Source of the DNA: an uncultured Fimbriimonadaceae bacterium | GTDB lineage: Bacteria > Armatimonadota > UBA10988 | Assembly: GCA_964405335.1 (NCBI GenBank) | Contig: CAYONP010000009.1 | Span: 12,074-76,073, forward strand | DNA length: 64,000 bases | Direction of reading: 5' to 3' | Shown: positions 35,844-44,551 of the stretch, in pieces | How positions within the stretch are numbered: the stretch's first letter is position 1 | How the letters are laid out: every line of letters begins with the position of its first letter | Translations under genes and position numbers: made by a program | The notes under the pieces: generated by a model | Databases searched by the model: none | What the model was told of the DNA's origin: nothing | What the model saw: the letters and a program-made list of their open reading frames with translations, nothing else

Positions 35844-37574
35844 ATGGACGATACCCAGCGCGAACTCGACGTGCTCATTCGAGCGCGATACCCGATCCTC
35901 TACCTGGTCTCGTGGGAAGAGCCGCGGGTCTTGCGTGCCCTCCGTCAGATCGCCAAACGGCATGACAAAGAGATCCTGTGCTGGTCGGTGACCGACGGCT
36001 GGACCACCGCCGACGGCCGCACGCCGGTCCACACGCCCGACCGCTCGGCGAGCTACAGCTCGACCCGCAGCTCGAGCCGGACCACGCCGCTGGCGGCGCC
36101 ACGGAAGGTCAAGAGCAGCTCGGTCGAGGTCGACCAGGCGCTCGACGCGCTCGACCTGATCGACAAGTGGGGCGCCGACGACCGCAACGCCCGCGGGGCG
36201 TTGTTCGTGCTCAAGGATTTCGACCCGTACATCAGCGCGCCGGCGGTCGAGCGCCGGATGCGCGACCTGGCCTTTGCCCTGCCTTACTCGAGCTACAAGA
36301 CGATCATCATCATCTCGCCGCTGCTGAAGGTCCCGCAGCACCTCGAGAAGGACCTCACGGTGGTCGACTTCGACCTGCCCGGCTACCGTGACCTGGAGAT
36401 CATCCTCGACCGGATCATCGACTCGGTCAGCCGCGACGATCCCGATGCGGTGCAGCTCGAGGGCGAGGCCAAAGAGGCGTTCGTCAAGGCGGCGCTCGGG
36501 CTGACCTCGGCCGAGGCGGAAAACGTCTTCGCCAAGGCGCTGGTGATGGACGGCAAGCTCGAGCGGCTCGACGTCGAGGTGGTGCTGTCGGAGAAGAAGC
36601 AGATCGTCCGCAAGTCGGGCACGCTCGAGTATTACGAGAGCGAGGCCAAGTTCGCCCACATCGGCGGGCTCTCGGCGCTGAAGGACTGGCTGCGCAAGCG
36701 CAAGTCGAGCTTCACCGAGAAGGCGCGCGAGTTCGGCCTGCCCGAGCCGCGCGGCGCGCTGCTGATCGGCGTCCAGGGCTGCGGCAAGTCGCTCGCGGCG
36801 AAGGCCGTCGGCGCGCTGTGGGAGGTGCCGCTGCTGCGCTTCGACGTCGGCGCGGTGTTCGGCCGCTACGTCGGCGAGTCCGAGAACAACATGCGCAAGG
36901 CGATCCAGACCGCCGAGGCGGTGGCGCCGTGCGTGCTCTGGATCGACGAGCTCGAGAAGGGCTTCAGCGGCATGACCGAGTCGGGCGACTCGGGCACCTC
37001 GGCACGCGTCCTGAGCTACTTCCTGACCTGGCTGCAGGAGAAGAAGAAGCCGGTGTTCGTGATTGCCACCGCCAACGACGTGCAGAAGCTGCCGCCCGAG
37101 CTGCTGCGCAAGGGCCGGCTCGACGAGATCTTCTTCATCGACCTGCCGAGCCGCAAGGAGCGGCGCGAAATCCTCGATATCCACCTGCGCATACGCGGCC
37201 GCGACGTGGCCAAGTACGACCTCGAACGCCTGATCACCGCCAGCGAGGGCTACAGCGGCTCGGAAATCGAGCAGGCCATCATCGCCTCGCTGTACGACGC
37301 CTATGACAACGGCCGCGACATCACCACCGAGGACATCGAGCACAACCTGTTCGTCAGCGTGCCCATCTCGCGGACCATGGACTACAAGATCCGCCAGCTC
37401 CGCGACTGGGCCGCCGATCGCGCGCGCGTTGCCTCGTTCCCCGAAGACCTCGACGAGGCGCCGCCGACGGCCACCGGCGGCGAGGTGGTGGTGACCAGCG
37501 TCGACGTCGATGAGACACCGCCGCCTCCGGCCGACGTGGACGTCGAGATCCAGACGCCGAGCAGCGGCGAGTGA
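35844..37574 (+). CDS. AAA+ family ATPase (single AAA domain, about 280-aa N-terminal domain of unknown function)
   Basis: ATG at 35844 in frame with track ORF 34257..37574; Walker [14 protein letters not shown], Walker [12 protein letters not shown], second region of homology [28 protein letters not shown]. Lower GC3 than neighbours. Confidence 0.85.
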   Translation: MDDTQRELDVLIRARYPILYLVSWEEPRVLRALRQIAKRHDKEILCWSVTDGWTTADGRTPVHTPDRSASYSSTRSSSRTTPLAAPRKVKSSSVEVDQALDALDLIDKWGADDRNARGALFVLKDFDPYISAPAVERRMRDLAFALPYSSYKTIIIISPLLKVPQHLEKDLTVVDFDLPGYRDLEIILDRIIDSVSRDDPDAVQLEGEAKEAFVKAALGLTSAEAENVFAKALVMDGKLERLDVEVVLSEKKQIVRKSGTLEYYESEAKFAHIGGLSALKDWLRKRKSSFTEKAREFGLPEPRGALLIGVQGCGKSLAAKAVGALWEVPLLRFDVGAVFGRYVGESENNMRKAIQTAEAVAPCVLWIDELEKGFSGMTESGDSGTSARVLSYFLTWLQEKKKPVFVIATANDVQKLPPELLRKGRLDEIFFIDLPSRKERREILDIHLRIRGRDVAKYDLERLITASEGYSGSEIEQAIIASLYDAYDNGRDITTEDIEHNLFVSVPISRTMDYKIRQLRDWAADRARVASFPEDLDEAPPTATGGEVVVTSVDVDETPPPPADVDVEIQTPSSGE

Positions 37575-38737
37575 CGGTCCTCGTCGTCAACTGCGGCAGC
37601 TCGTCGATCAAGTCGCAGGCGTTCGACATGCCGGCCGGCCGGCCCACCGCGCAGGCGCTGATCGAGCGCGTCGGCAGCGACAACGCCCGGCTCCGCTTCC
37701 GCCGCGACGGCGACGAACTCGTCGAGGACGGGCCCTGCCTCACGCACCTGGCCGGCATCGAGCGCATCCTGGCCATGATGGACGAGGGCGACGGCCGCGT
37801 CGACGCCGTCGGCCACCGGGTGGTCCACGCCGCCGAGGCGTTCCGCGGCTCGGTCGTCGCCAGCGACGAGGTGATCGCCGCGCTCGAGGCCTGCAGCCAC
37901 CTCGCCCCGCTGCACAACCCGCCGAACCTGGCCGGGCTGGCCGCCTGCCAGCAGGCGCTGCCCGGCGTGCCGAATGTCTGCTGCTTCGACACCGCGCTGC
38001 ACACCAGCCTGCCGCCGGAGGTCTTTCTCTACGGCTTGCCGCGCCGCTTCTACGACGAGCATCGCCTGCGGCGCTACGGCTTCCACGGCGTGGCGCTGCG
38101 GTCGATCATCGGCGCGGTCGAGCGGCTGCTCGACCGGCCGGCGACCGAGTTGCGCGTGGTCAGCCTGATGCTCGGCTCGGGCTGCACCGCCAATGCCCTC
38201 CGTTTCGGCGAGTCGGTTGCCGTGTCGACGGGCTTCACGCCGCTCGAGGGCTTGATCCAGAGCACCCGCTGCGGCGACCTCGATCCGGGCATCGTGCTCG
38301 CTCTGCTCCGAAGTGGAGTCGACCCGGCGACGTTGAACCATCGACTGAACCGCGAGAGCGGCCTGGCCGGTCTGTCGCAGATTGGCCCGGACCTGCGCGA
38401 CATCGAGGCGGCCGGCACGCCGGCGGCCCGTCTGGCGATGGCGGCGTTCGTGCACCGGACGCGCAAGTACGTCGGGGCTTATACTGCCGACATGGGTGGT
38501 CTCGACGTGCTCGCCTTTGGTGGGGGCATCGGCCAGAACGCGGCGGCGGTGCGCGCGGCGGTGTGCGAACCGCTGGCGCATCTCGGCGTCGAACTCGACG
38601 GTGACGCCAACGCGGCCTGTGTCGGTGGACGCGAAGGCGTCGTCTCGCTGCCGGGCGGTCGGGTGGCGGTGGTTGTCGCCGCCGTTGACGAGGAGAAGGT
38701 GATCGCCTCGGACACGTACGAGCTGGTGACAACGTAA
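37571..38737 (+). CDS. ackA: Acetate/propionate kinase family protein
   Basis: GTG start overlapping the AAA ATPase stop (GTGA); [18 protein letters not shown]..., 388 aa. Confidence 0.85.
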   Translation: MTVLVVNCGSSSIKSQAFDMPAGRPTAQALIERVGSDNARLRFRRDGDELVEDGPCLTHLAGIERILAMMDEGDGRVDAVGHRVVHAAEAFRGSVVASDEVIAALEACSHLAPLHNPPNLAGLAACQQALPGVPNVCCFDTALHTSLPPEVFLYGLPRRFYDEHRLRRYGFHGVALRSIIGAVERLLDRPATELRVVSLMLGSGCTANALRFGESVAVSTGFTPLEGLIQSTRCGDLDPGIVLALLRSGVDPATLNHRLNRESGLAGLSQIGPDLRDIEAAGTPAARLAMAAFVHRTRKYVGAYTADMGGLDVLAFGGGIGQNAAAVRAAVCEPLAHLGVELDGDANAACVGGREGVVSLPGGRVAVVVAAVDEEKVIASDTYELVTT

Positions 38738-38800
38738 GTCCCGGCCGCGTGTCTCAATCGCAGGCACACCCAACGGCGCCCAGCGCCGCGGAAGGAGCCT

Positions 38801-40132
38801 ATGCGCCGATTTGCATGTCTGTTGTTCGCCGGCTGGCTGGGCCTGGCGCCCACCGGCGCGGCCGTGCCGAAGCTCAGCTACAACCCGTCGCACGGCGAGA
38901 TGCTGCGCTTTCTGGTCGAAGCGAACCGCGAGACCCGCTTCGTCACCACCGTCGCCGCCGCCGGGCGGTCGGTCCGCGGGCGGCAGATTCCGGTGGTCAT
39001 CTGCCAGGACCCGACGGTCGACCCGCTGAACATGACCCGGCTGCTGATCATGGCGCGGCAGCACGGCAACGAGCCGGCGGGGACGATTGCCCTGCTCGAG
39101 CTGATCCGCGACCTGGCCGCCGGGCAGGCCGGACCGCTCGAAATGCAACTTCAGCGCGTCTGCCTGTTGCTGGTGCCGATGGTCAACCCCGACGGCGCCG
39201 ACGCCAACACGCGCCGGAACGCCAACAACATCGACCTGAACCGGGACTGGAACAGCCGCACGCAGCCCGAATCGCAGGCGATGGAGTACCTCCACAACCT
39301 GTGGACTCCGCACGCCGTGCTCGATCTGCACGAGCTCTGGTTCAACGACGCGCACGGGATCAACACCATCGAGGCGCCCGGCGGTGGAGCGCGGGTGCCG
39401 GCCGAGGTCGCCGCCGAATGCCGGCGACTGCAGCAGTACATCCTCACCCGCCTGCAGCAGGCCGGGTTCCCCGTCCGCCCGAGTTTCTGGGACGGCGGCA
39501 ACGATGGCTCGCTGGCGCACCGCCACTTCTCACGCGACCACGGCCGCATGGCGCTGCTGTTCGAGAGTGAGCGTCAGGGCTTCCGCACGCCGCTGCCGCG
39601 CCGGGCGCAGATGCACCGCATCGGCGTGCAGACGGTGATCGACTATTACTACAGCGGAGGCTTCGGCCCGCGCGACAGCGAGGCGGCTCTGGTGCCCTCG
39701 CCCGGCGGCGGTGAAGCGCTGCCGCCGCCGTCGCTCGACGGGTCGCCGACGCCGCCCGGCGGGGCGAATGCGGCCGCCGCGCCGGCGCGGCCGCTCGGAC
39801 CCGAGCCCGAACCCACGCCGACTCGGCCGCAGATCCGGTTCATCACGCCCGAGGTGACGCAGGAGGTGCATGGGACGGTGATGCTCGAGCTCGCGCTCAG
39901 CGGCATCGACGACCTCGAAACGCTGTCGGTCTTTGTCGACGGGCAGGGCCGGTACTTCAGCAATCGGCCGCCGTTCCGGTTCGCCTGGGACACCAGCGAC
40001 CTATCGCCCGGCCGGCACGTGGTCCTGGTCCGCGCGCGGCGGCGCAGCGGCGAGACGGTCGAACGCGAGCAGCTCTTCAGCGTCGCCCGCGGCCGGCCCG
40101 ATACGGTGACCGAGAGCGACGAGGAAGAGTGA
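38801..40132 (+). CDS. Secreted M14-family zinc carboxypeptidase-like protein with C-terminal Ig-like domain (paralog of 23536..24513)
   Basis: Signal peptide; MARQHGNEPAG (HxxE), VNPDGADANTRRNANNIDLNRDWN, LDLHELW; C-terminal beta-rich domain. Confidence 0.75.
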   Translation: MRRFACLLFAGWLGLAPTGAAVPKLSYNPSHGEMLRFLVEANRETRFVTTVAAAGRSVRGRQIPVVICQDPTVDPLNMTRLLIMARQHGNEPAGTIALLELIRDLAAGQAGPLEMQLQRVCLLLVPMVNPDGADANTRRNANNIDLNRDWNSRTQPESQAMEYLHNLWTPHAVLDLHELWFNDAHGINTIEAPGGGARVPAEVAAECRRLQQYILTRLQQAGFPVRPSFWDGGNDGSLAHRHFSRDHGRMALLFESERQGFRTPLPRRAQMHRIGVQTVIDYYYSGGFGPRDSEAALVPSPGGGEALPPPSLDGSPTPPGGANAAAAPARPLGPEPEPTPTRPQIRFITPEVTQEVHGTVMLELALSGIDDLETLSVFVDGQGRYFSNRPPFRFAWDTSDLSPGRHVVLVRARRRSGETVEREQLFSVARGRPDTVTESDEEE

Positions 40133-41202
40133 ACCTCTGGGTCGAGGTCGACCCCACCGCGCTCGAGGCCAACGCCCGCGCCGTGACCGAGCTGCTCGGC
40201 AGCACGTCGCTCTGCGCCGTGGTCAAGGCCAACGGCTACGGCCACGGCGCCGTCATCGCCGCCCGCGCCTTCCTCGCCGCCGGCGCCGAGCGGCTGGCGG
40301 TGAGCAGCGTCGACGAGGCGGTCGAACTCCGCGCCGCCGGCCTCGACGGAACCATCCTGCTGCTCGCCTCGCACGCGCCGGACGAGGCCGAGGCGGTCGT
40401 CGAACACCGGCTGACCGCCACGATCAGCGAGCTCGGCGCGGCCGAGCGGCTCTCCCGCGCAGCGGGCGATCAGACGGTGCCGATTCACCTGCTGGTCGAC
40501 TGCGGCATGGGCCGCGACGGCTGCCTGCCCAGCGAGTCGCCGGCCCTCGCCGAGGCCGCCGCGGCGCTGCCGGGCCTCACGATCGAGGGCGTCTACACCC
40601 ACTTCCCGACCGCGCTGGCGCGCGACAAGTCGGCCACGCGCCGGCAACTGGGGCTGTTCCTGGAAACCGTTACCCGGCTCCCCACCAGGCCACCGCTGGT
40701 CCATGCGGCCAACTCGGCGGCGGCGGTCGACCTGCCCGAGTCGCGGCTCGACCTCGCCCGCATCGGGACGCTGCTCTATGGCCAGTACCCGAGCCGCTGG
40801 GTGACCCGCGCCGTCGAGCTGCGCTCCGCCTGGCGGCTGTGCGCCCGGCTGGTCGAGGTGCGGACCCTGCCGGCCGGGGCGAGCATCGGCTACGGCAGCG
40901 AGCACCGCCTGCGCCGCGCGACGCGGGTCGGCACGCTGCCGGTCGGTTGGGCTCACGGTTTCACGTTGCAGCCGGCCAGCCTCCACCGCGGCCTGCGCGG
41001 CCTGGCCCACGCGCTACGGCCCGAGCCGGCGGCGGTGACGCTGCACGGTCGGCGCTGCCCGGTGCTCGGCCGCGTGGCGATGCAGAGCTGCGCGGTCGAC
41101 CTGACGGCCGCGCCGGAGGCGCAGGTGGGCGACGTCGCCGAGGTCCCGGCGCGGCGGGTGACGGTGCCGCCGAACGTGGCGCGGGTGGAGGTCAGGTCGT
41201 GA
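40129..41202 (+). CDS. alr: Alanine racemase
   Basis: PLP-lysine motif AVVKANGYGHGAV near the N-terminus, 357 aa; GTG start overlapping the upstream stop. Confidence 0.85.
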   Translation: MNLWVEVDPTALEANARAVTELLGSTSLCAVVKANGYGHGAVIAARAFLAAGAERLAVSSVDEAVELRAAGLDGTILLLASHAPDEAEAVVEHRLTATISELGAAERLSRAAGDQTVPIHLLVDCGMGRDGCLPSESPALAEAAAALPGLTIEGVYTHFPTALARDKSATRRQLGLFLETVTRLPTRPPLVHAANSAAAVDLPESRLDLARIGTLLYGQYPSRWVTRAVELRSAWRLCARLVEVRTLPAGASIGYGSEHRLRRATRVGTLPVGWAHGFTLQPASLHRGLRGLAHALRPEPAAVTLHGRRCPVLGRVAMQSCAVDLTAAPEAQVGDVAEVPARRVTVPPNVARVEVRS

Positions 41203-41944
41203 GGGATTCGGCGATTTGCCAGGCGCCGATGGCGGTGAGTCGGGATTGCAGCGCGGTAGCGATGGCCACGTCATCCCAGACCTTGGTGTAGAAGTCCTGA
41301 CAGCCGGCGCCGGCGGCCCATCCCGCCATGTAGGACCAGGCGTGGGCCTTGTGTTCAGGATTGCCACCGACGCGCTGATCGCTCAGCCACTGCTCGACAG
41401 CGGCCGCGCGGTCGGCGTAGGCCTCGGCCAGCGCGGCGCAGACCAGGCGTTCGAGGGATTGCTGGTCGGGCACGCCGGGGGTTGGCGGATCGGCGGTCTG
41501 CCAGACGATCGCCTGCAGTCGTGTGCCGCCGATCATCACGATCGCGCCATCGACCACCCCGGCGTCTGGGTCGAACTCGCGTGCCAGCTCGAGGTAGGCA
41601 CCAACGTTAGGCGGCACAACGGTGGGCGCCGGCCGGTCCGAGTCTGTCACGAGCACCAACTGATCGAGCTGCTTGCCGATGTCGCGCTCGCGGAGGAGTC
41701 GGCGCGCCAGAGCCGTTCGTTTGGCTACACCGTGCGCCGGGACGACGCGAACGAAAAGCCCACTCGGCGTCGTGAAACCGAACTGCCCGCGACTCACCTC
41801 CTCTCGCCACGGGTCGAGTACAATCTCGCGGTCTCCGATGGTCACCGTTGTGGGCTTGGCACAGCCGAGGTGCCGAAGCCACCCGGCCAAGAACGCCCGA
41901 TCGTCGATACCCTCGCAGATGACCACCGACTGCGCCGGCCTCAT
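41192..41944 (-). CDS. Toprim-like (DUF4276-like) protein, putative nuclease partner of the upstream ABC-type ATPase
   Basis: 250 aa; N-terminal VVICEGIDDRAFLAGWL (conserved Glu) and later LVLVTDSDRP (DxD) fit Toprim topology. Start overlaps the ATPase stop by 4 bp. Confidence 0.55.
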   Translation of the reverse strand: MRPAQSVVICEGIDDRAFLAGWLRHLGCAKPTTVTIGDREIVLDPWREEVSRGQFGFTTPSGLFVRVVPAHGVAKRTALARRLLRERDIGKQLDQLVLVTDSDRPAPTVVPPNVGAYLELAREFDPDAGVVDGAIVMIGGTRLQAIVWQTADPPTPGVPDQQSLERLVCAALAEAYADRAAAVEQWLSDQRVGGNPEHKAHAWSYMAGWAAGAGCQDFYTKVWDDVAIATALQSRLTAIGAWQIAESLTT

Positions 41945-42921
41945 CGCAGGTCCTGCTCGATCTGTCCGCGCGAGAAGGCCGCCTCCTCGCCGGTGAACCG
42001 GGCGTGTTTCAGCAGGCCGTCCTCCAGCACCAGCGAGTAGACCGCGAGCTGCTCCAGCTCGTCGCCGGCCTCGGCCAGCAGCGCATCAATCAACTCCAGG
42101 CTATGCGTCGAGATGATCACCTGCACCCCCCGCCGCACCGCCGCCCAGACGACCTTCGCCGCCTGCCAGATGGCCGCGGGGTGGAGGTGGGCCTCGGGCT
42201 CCTCTAGGAGGGCGAGGCCGTTGGCAATGACCGCCAGTTCCAGGCCAAGATGAACCAGACCGTAGACGCCGTCGCCAGAGACCGCGATCGGTACGGCATG
42301 CGTGCCGAAATCGGCGTAGACCACGGGTCGGCCGGCCTCGGTCAGGATGTCGCCGGTCACCACCTGCGGCAGCAACTCCCGCAGCGCAGCGTTCGCCTCG
42401 TCGCGCCGCCCATCGCGGCGCATCGTCGACCACAGCTCGTCGAGAGCTGGACGATCCGGGCGTCGCGGATCCACCAGATGCACGGCAGGAAGCCCGACCA
42501 TGGTGAGGCTCGTCTTGTCGTAGTGTCCGCGACCGCTCGGCTGGAGGTTGGCGTGCGTCGACAGTCGCTCACCGTTCAGCCGGACGGTCGCTTGCAGCAG
42601 TGTTTGGCTTCCTTCATGGGTCAGTGAGTCGATCGACGTGTGGCGCGTGCTGTCCTCTGCCGACGCCACCTCGACCACCGCCGGTAGCTCCGAACCTGCC
42701 CGCCAAAGCAACCACCTCCCCGGCAGCTGAGTCCCGGTGTGCCGCGCCGCCGCAATGCCAATCCCCTCACCCGGCACCGGATGCGCCCCAATCAACATCG
42801 CATCCAGCACCGTGCTCTTGCCGCACCCATTCGGCCCGGTGAGGATCACCAGCGGCGTCAGGTCGGTCAGCTCGCCCTCGCGAATCCCGCGTAGACGCTC
42901 GATCTTGATCGACGTGATCAT
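41941..42921 (-). CDS. AAA_21/ABC-type ATPase (OLD/AbiL/PARIS-AriA-like), 326 aa
   Basis: MITSIKIERLRGIREGELTDLTPLVILTGPNGCGKSTVLDAML (Walker A), LLEEPEAHLHPAAI (Walker B / D-loop signature of AAA_21), VIISTHSLELIDAL (H-loop). Confidence 0.75.
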   Translation of the reverse strand: MITSIKIERLRGIREGELTDLTPLVILTGPNGCGKSTVLDAMLIGAHPVPGEGIGIAAARHTGTQLPGRWLLWRAGSELPAVVEVASAEDSTRHTSIDSLTHEGSQTLLQATVRLNGERLSTHANLQPSGRGHYDKTSLTMVGLPAVHLVDPRRPDRPALDELWSTMRRDGRRDEANAALRELLPQVVTGDILTEAGRPVVYADFGTHAVPIAVSGDGVYGLVHLGLELAVIANGLALLEEPEAHLHPAAIWQAAKVVWAAVRRGVQVIISTHSLELIDALLAEAGDELEQLAVYSLVLEDGLLKHARFTGEEAAFSRGQIEQDLR

Positions 42922-42979
42922 CCACGTCTCCGAGCCGCTATCTTAGCACCTCGGAGGCGTCGACTGGGTGGGGTTGCGC

Positions 42980-44551
42980 TCAGCTCCGCGGCACCAGCAC
43001 CGCCAGCGTGCGCTTGATCTCAGGCCAGGCGGAGCGCAGGAAGTCCTCCGCCGCGGCGGTGGTCTCCTCGACCGTGCCGCGCCAGGCGACGCCGAAGTGG
43101 ACCTGCGTCCAGACCCGGTTGCGGTCCCGCACGCTGCTGCCGGTGTACTTGGTCCAGTCGGTGATGGTCACCTCGCCGTCGGTGTAGGTGTACATGGCGA
43201 GATGCACCGGCAGACCGTCGAGGCCGACCACGACGTGCTCGAACGGTAGCCGCTCGCCGTCGAGCTCGAACTCGACCTGCTTCTGGTCGAGTATCTGGTT
43301 GCCGCCGCCGCGGATGCAGGCCGTCGGCGGGTGCAGGCTGCGCCGGCCGCGGCCGCAGATGACGTGGATGTAAGCCCCGGCGCGGAGCCGCTCGTTGACG
43401 TACTGGCGGCTGATCACCGCGACGTTGCCCAGCTCCTCGAACACGCCCTGGTCGACCTCGCCCTCTTCGGGGCAGATCCAGTCGCCAAACCGGAGCGGGA
43501 TCTGGCTCAGGTCGACGTCAGGCACTTCGGTCACCGGCGGCGCGACCGCCAGCCCGGTGAAGTGCAGACCAACCAGCAGGGCCGCCATGGCCGCCAGCGG
43601 CGCGAAGTCGAGCCGGAAGCGCGGCCGACCGTCGCCGGCCGGCGGCGGCGCCGCGGCGATGTCGGCCGACGGGCCGACAATCAGCCGAGCGGCAAGCACC
43701 AACACGCCGATGGCCACGATGAGCAGGATGGGCCCACTGAGCTTGTCGTGAAAGAAGCCGACGGCAAAGTCGTGGCCCCAGATGCGGCCGACACAGAGAA
43801 TCGAGAACAGCCGGATCACGTTCGAGGCGACGGCGATCGGCACGGCCAAGGCCAGGATTGCCGCTTTGCGCGCCGGCGTGGTGTCGGTCAGGTAGGCGAC
43901 CAGCACGCCGACCATGGTCAGGCCCATGATGGCCTTGAACCCCGAGCAGGCCACGCCGACGACATAGTCCTCGCCGTCGAGGACCATCACCGCGCCGTTG
44001 GCGGTCACCTCGGCGCCGGTGACGATGTACATCAGCACCGTGCCCAGCTTGGCGCTGAGCATCTGCATCGGGAAGCTCATGTCGTAGAGCCAGAGCCAAC
44101 TGATCGGCACGGCGAAGAAGAAGAAGCTGAGTGCGAACCAGGTCAGGCGATAGACCTGCGGCCCGCCGACGGTGAGCACCAGGCCATGCCAGAGGACCAC
44201 GCCCGAACAGGCGATGAAGAAGTTGATGTCGCTCTGCTGGCCGCGCAGGTAGAGCAGCGCGGCGGCGCCGACGACGGCCAGGCCTGGCCACCAGAAGCGC
44301 CACTCGGCGGTGGCCAGCGCGGCCCGAGCGCGCCAGACGAGCCAGCCCGAGATCACCGGCACCAGGTAGCCGTGCGAGTAGTAAGGGTTCTCGTCCCAGC
44401 CGTCGACGACCCATTTGAGCTGGAAGTCATAGGCGAGGTAGAAGGCGTAGACCAGGGCCGCCAGGCCGACCAGGGCCAACGGCTCGGGCGGTCGCACGGC
44501 CTGGCGTTCGTCGCCCGGCGGGTCGGCCGGGGTGTCGACCAGGTCACTCAT
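42980..44551 (-). CDS. Exosortase (EpsH/Xrt family) fused to a C-terminal EpsI-like domain
   Basis: Polytopic membrane N-region with exosortase motif ENPYYSHGYLVP, Arg in LYLRGQ and the conserved Cys region; C-terminal 180-aa soluble domain after the last TM. Confidence 0.8.
   Translation of the reverse strand: MSDLVDTPADPPGDERQAVRPPEPLALVGLAALVYAFYLAYDFQLKWVVDGWDENPYYSHGYLVPVISGWLVWRARAALATAEWRFWWPGLAVVGAAALLYLRGQQSDINFFIACSGVVLWHGLVLTVGGPQVYRLTWFALSFFFFAVPISWLWLYDMSFPMQMLSAKLGTVLMYIVTGAEVTANGAVMVLDGEDYVVGVACSGFKAIMGLTMVGVLVAYLTDTTPARKAAILALAVPIAVASNVIRLFSILCVGRIWGHDFAVGFFHDKLSGPILLIVAIGVLVLAARLIVGPSADIAAAPPPAGDGRPRFRLDFAPLAAMAALLVGLHFTGLAVAPPVTEVPDVDLSQIPLRFGDWICPEEGEVDQGVFEELGNVAVISRQYVNERLRAGAYIHVICGRGRRSLHPPTACIRGGGNQILDQKQVEFELDGERLPFEHVVVGLDGLPVHLAMYTYTDGEVTITDWTKYTGSSVRDRNRVWTQVHFGVAWRGTVEETTAAAEDFLRSAWPEIKRTLAVLVPRS

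Noticed and set aside
37382-41010. Minus-strand ORFs 37382..39526 and 39649..41010 antisense to ackA, the M14 peptidase and alr
   Set aside because: Antisense to three genes with strong homology.
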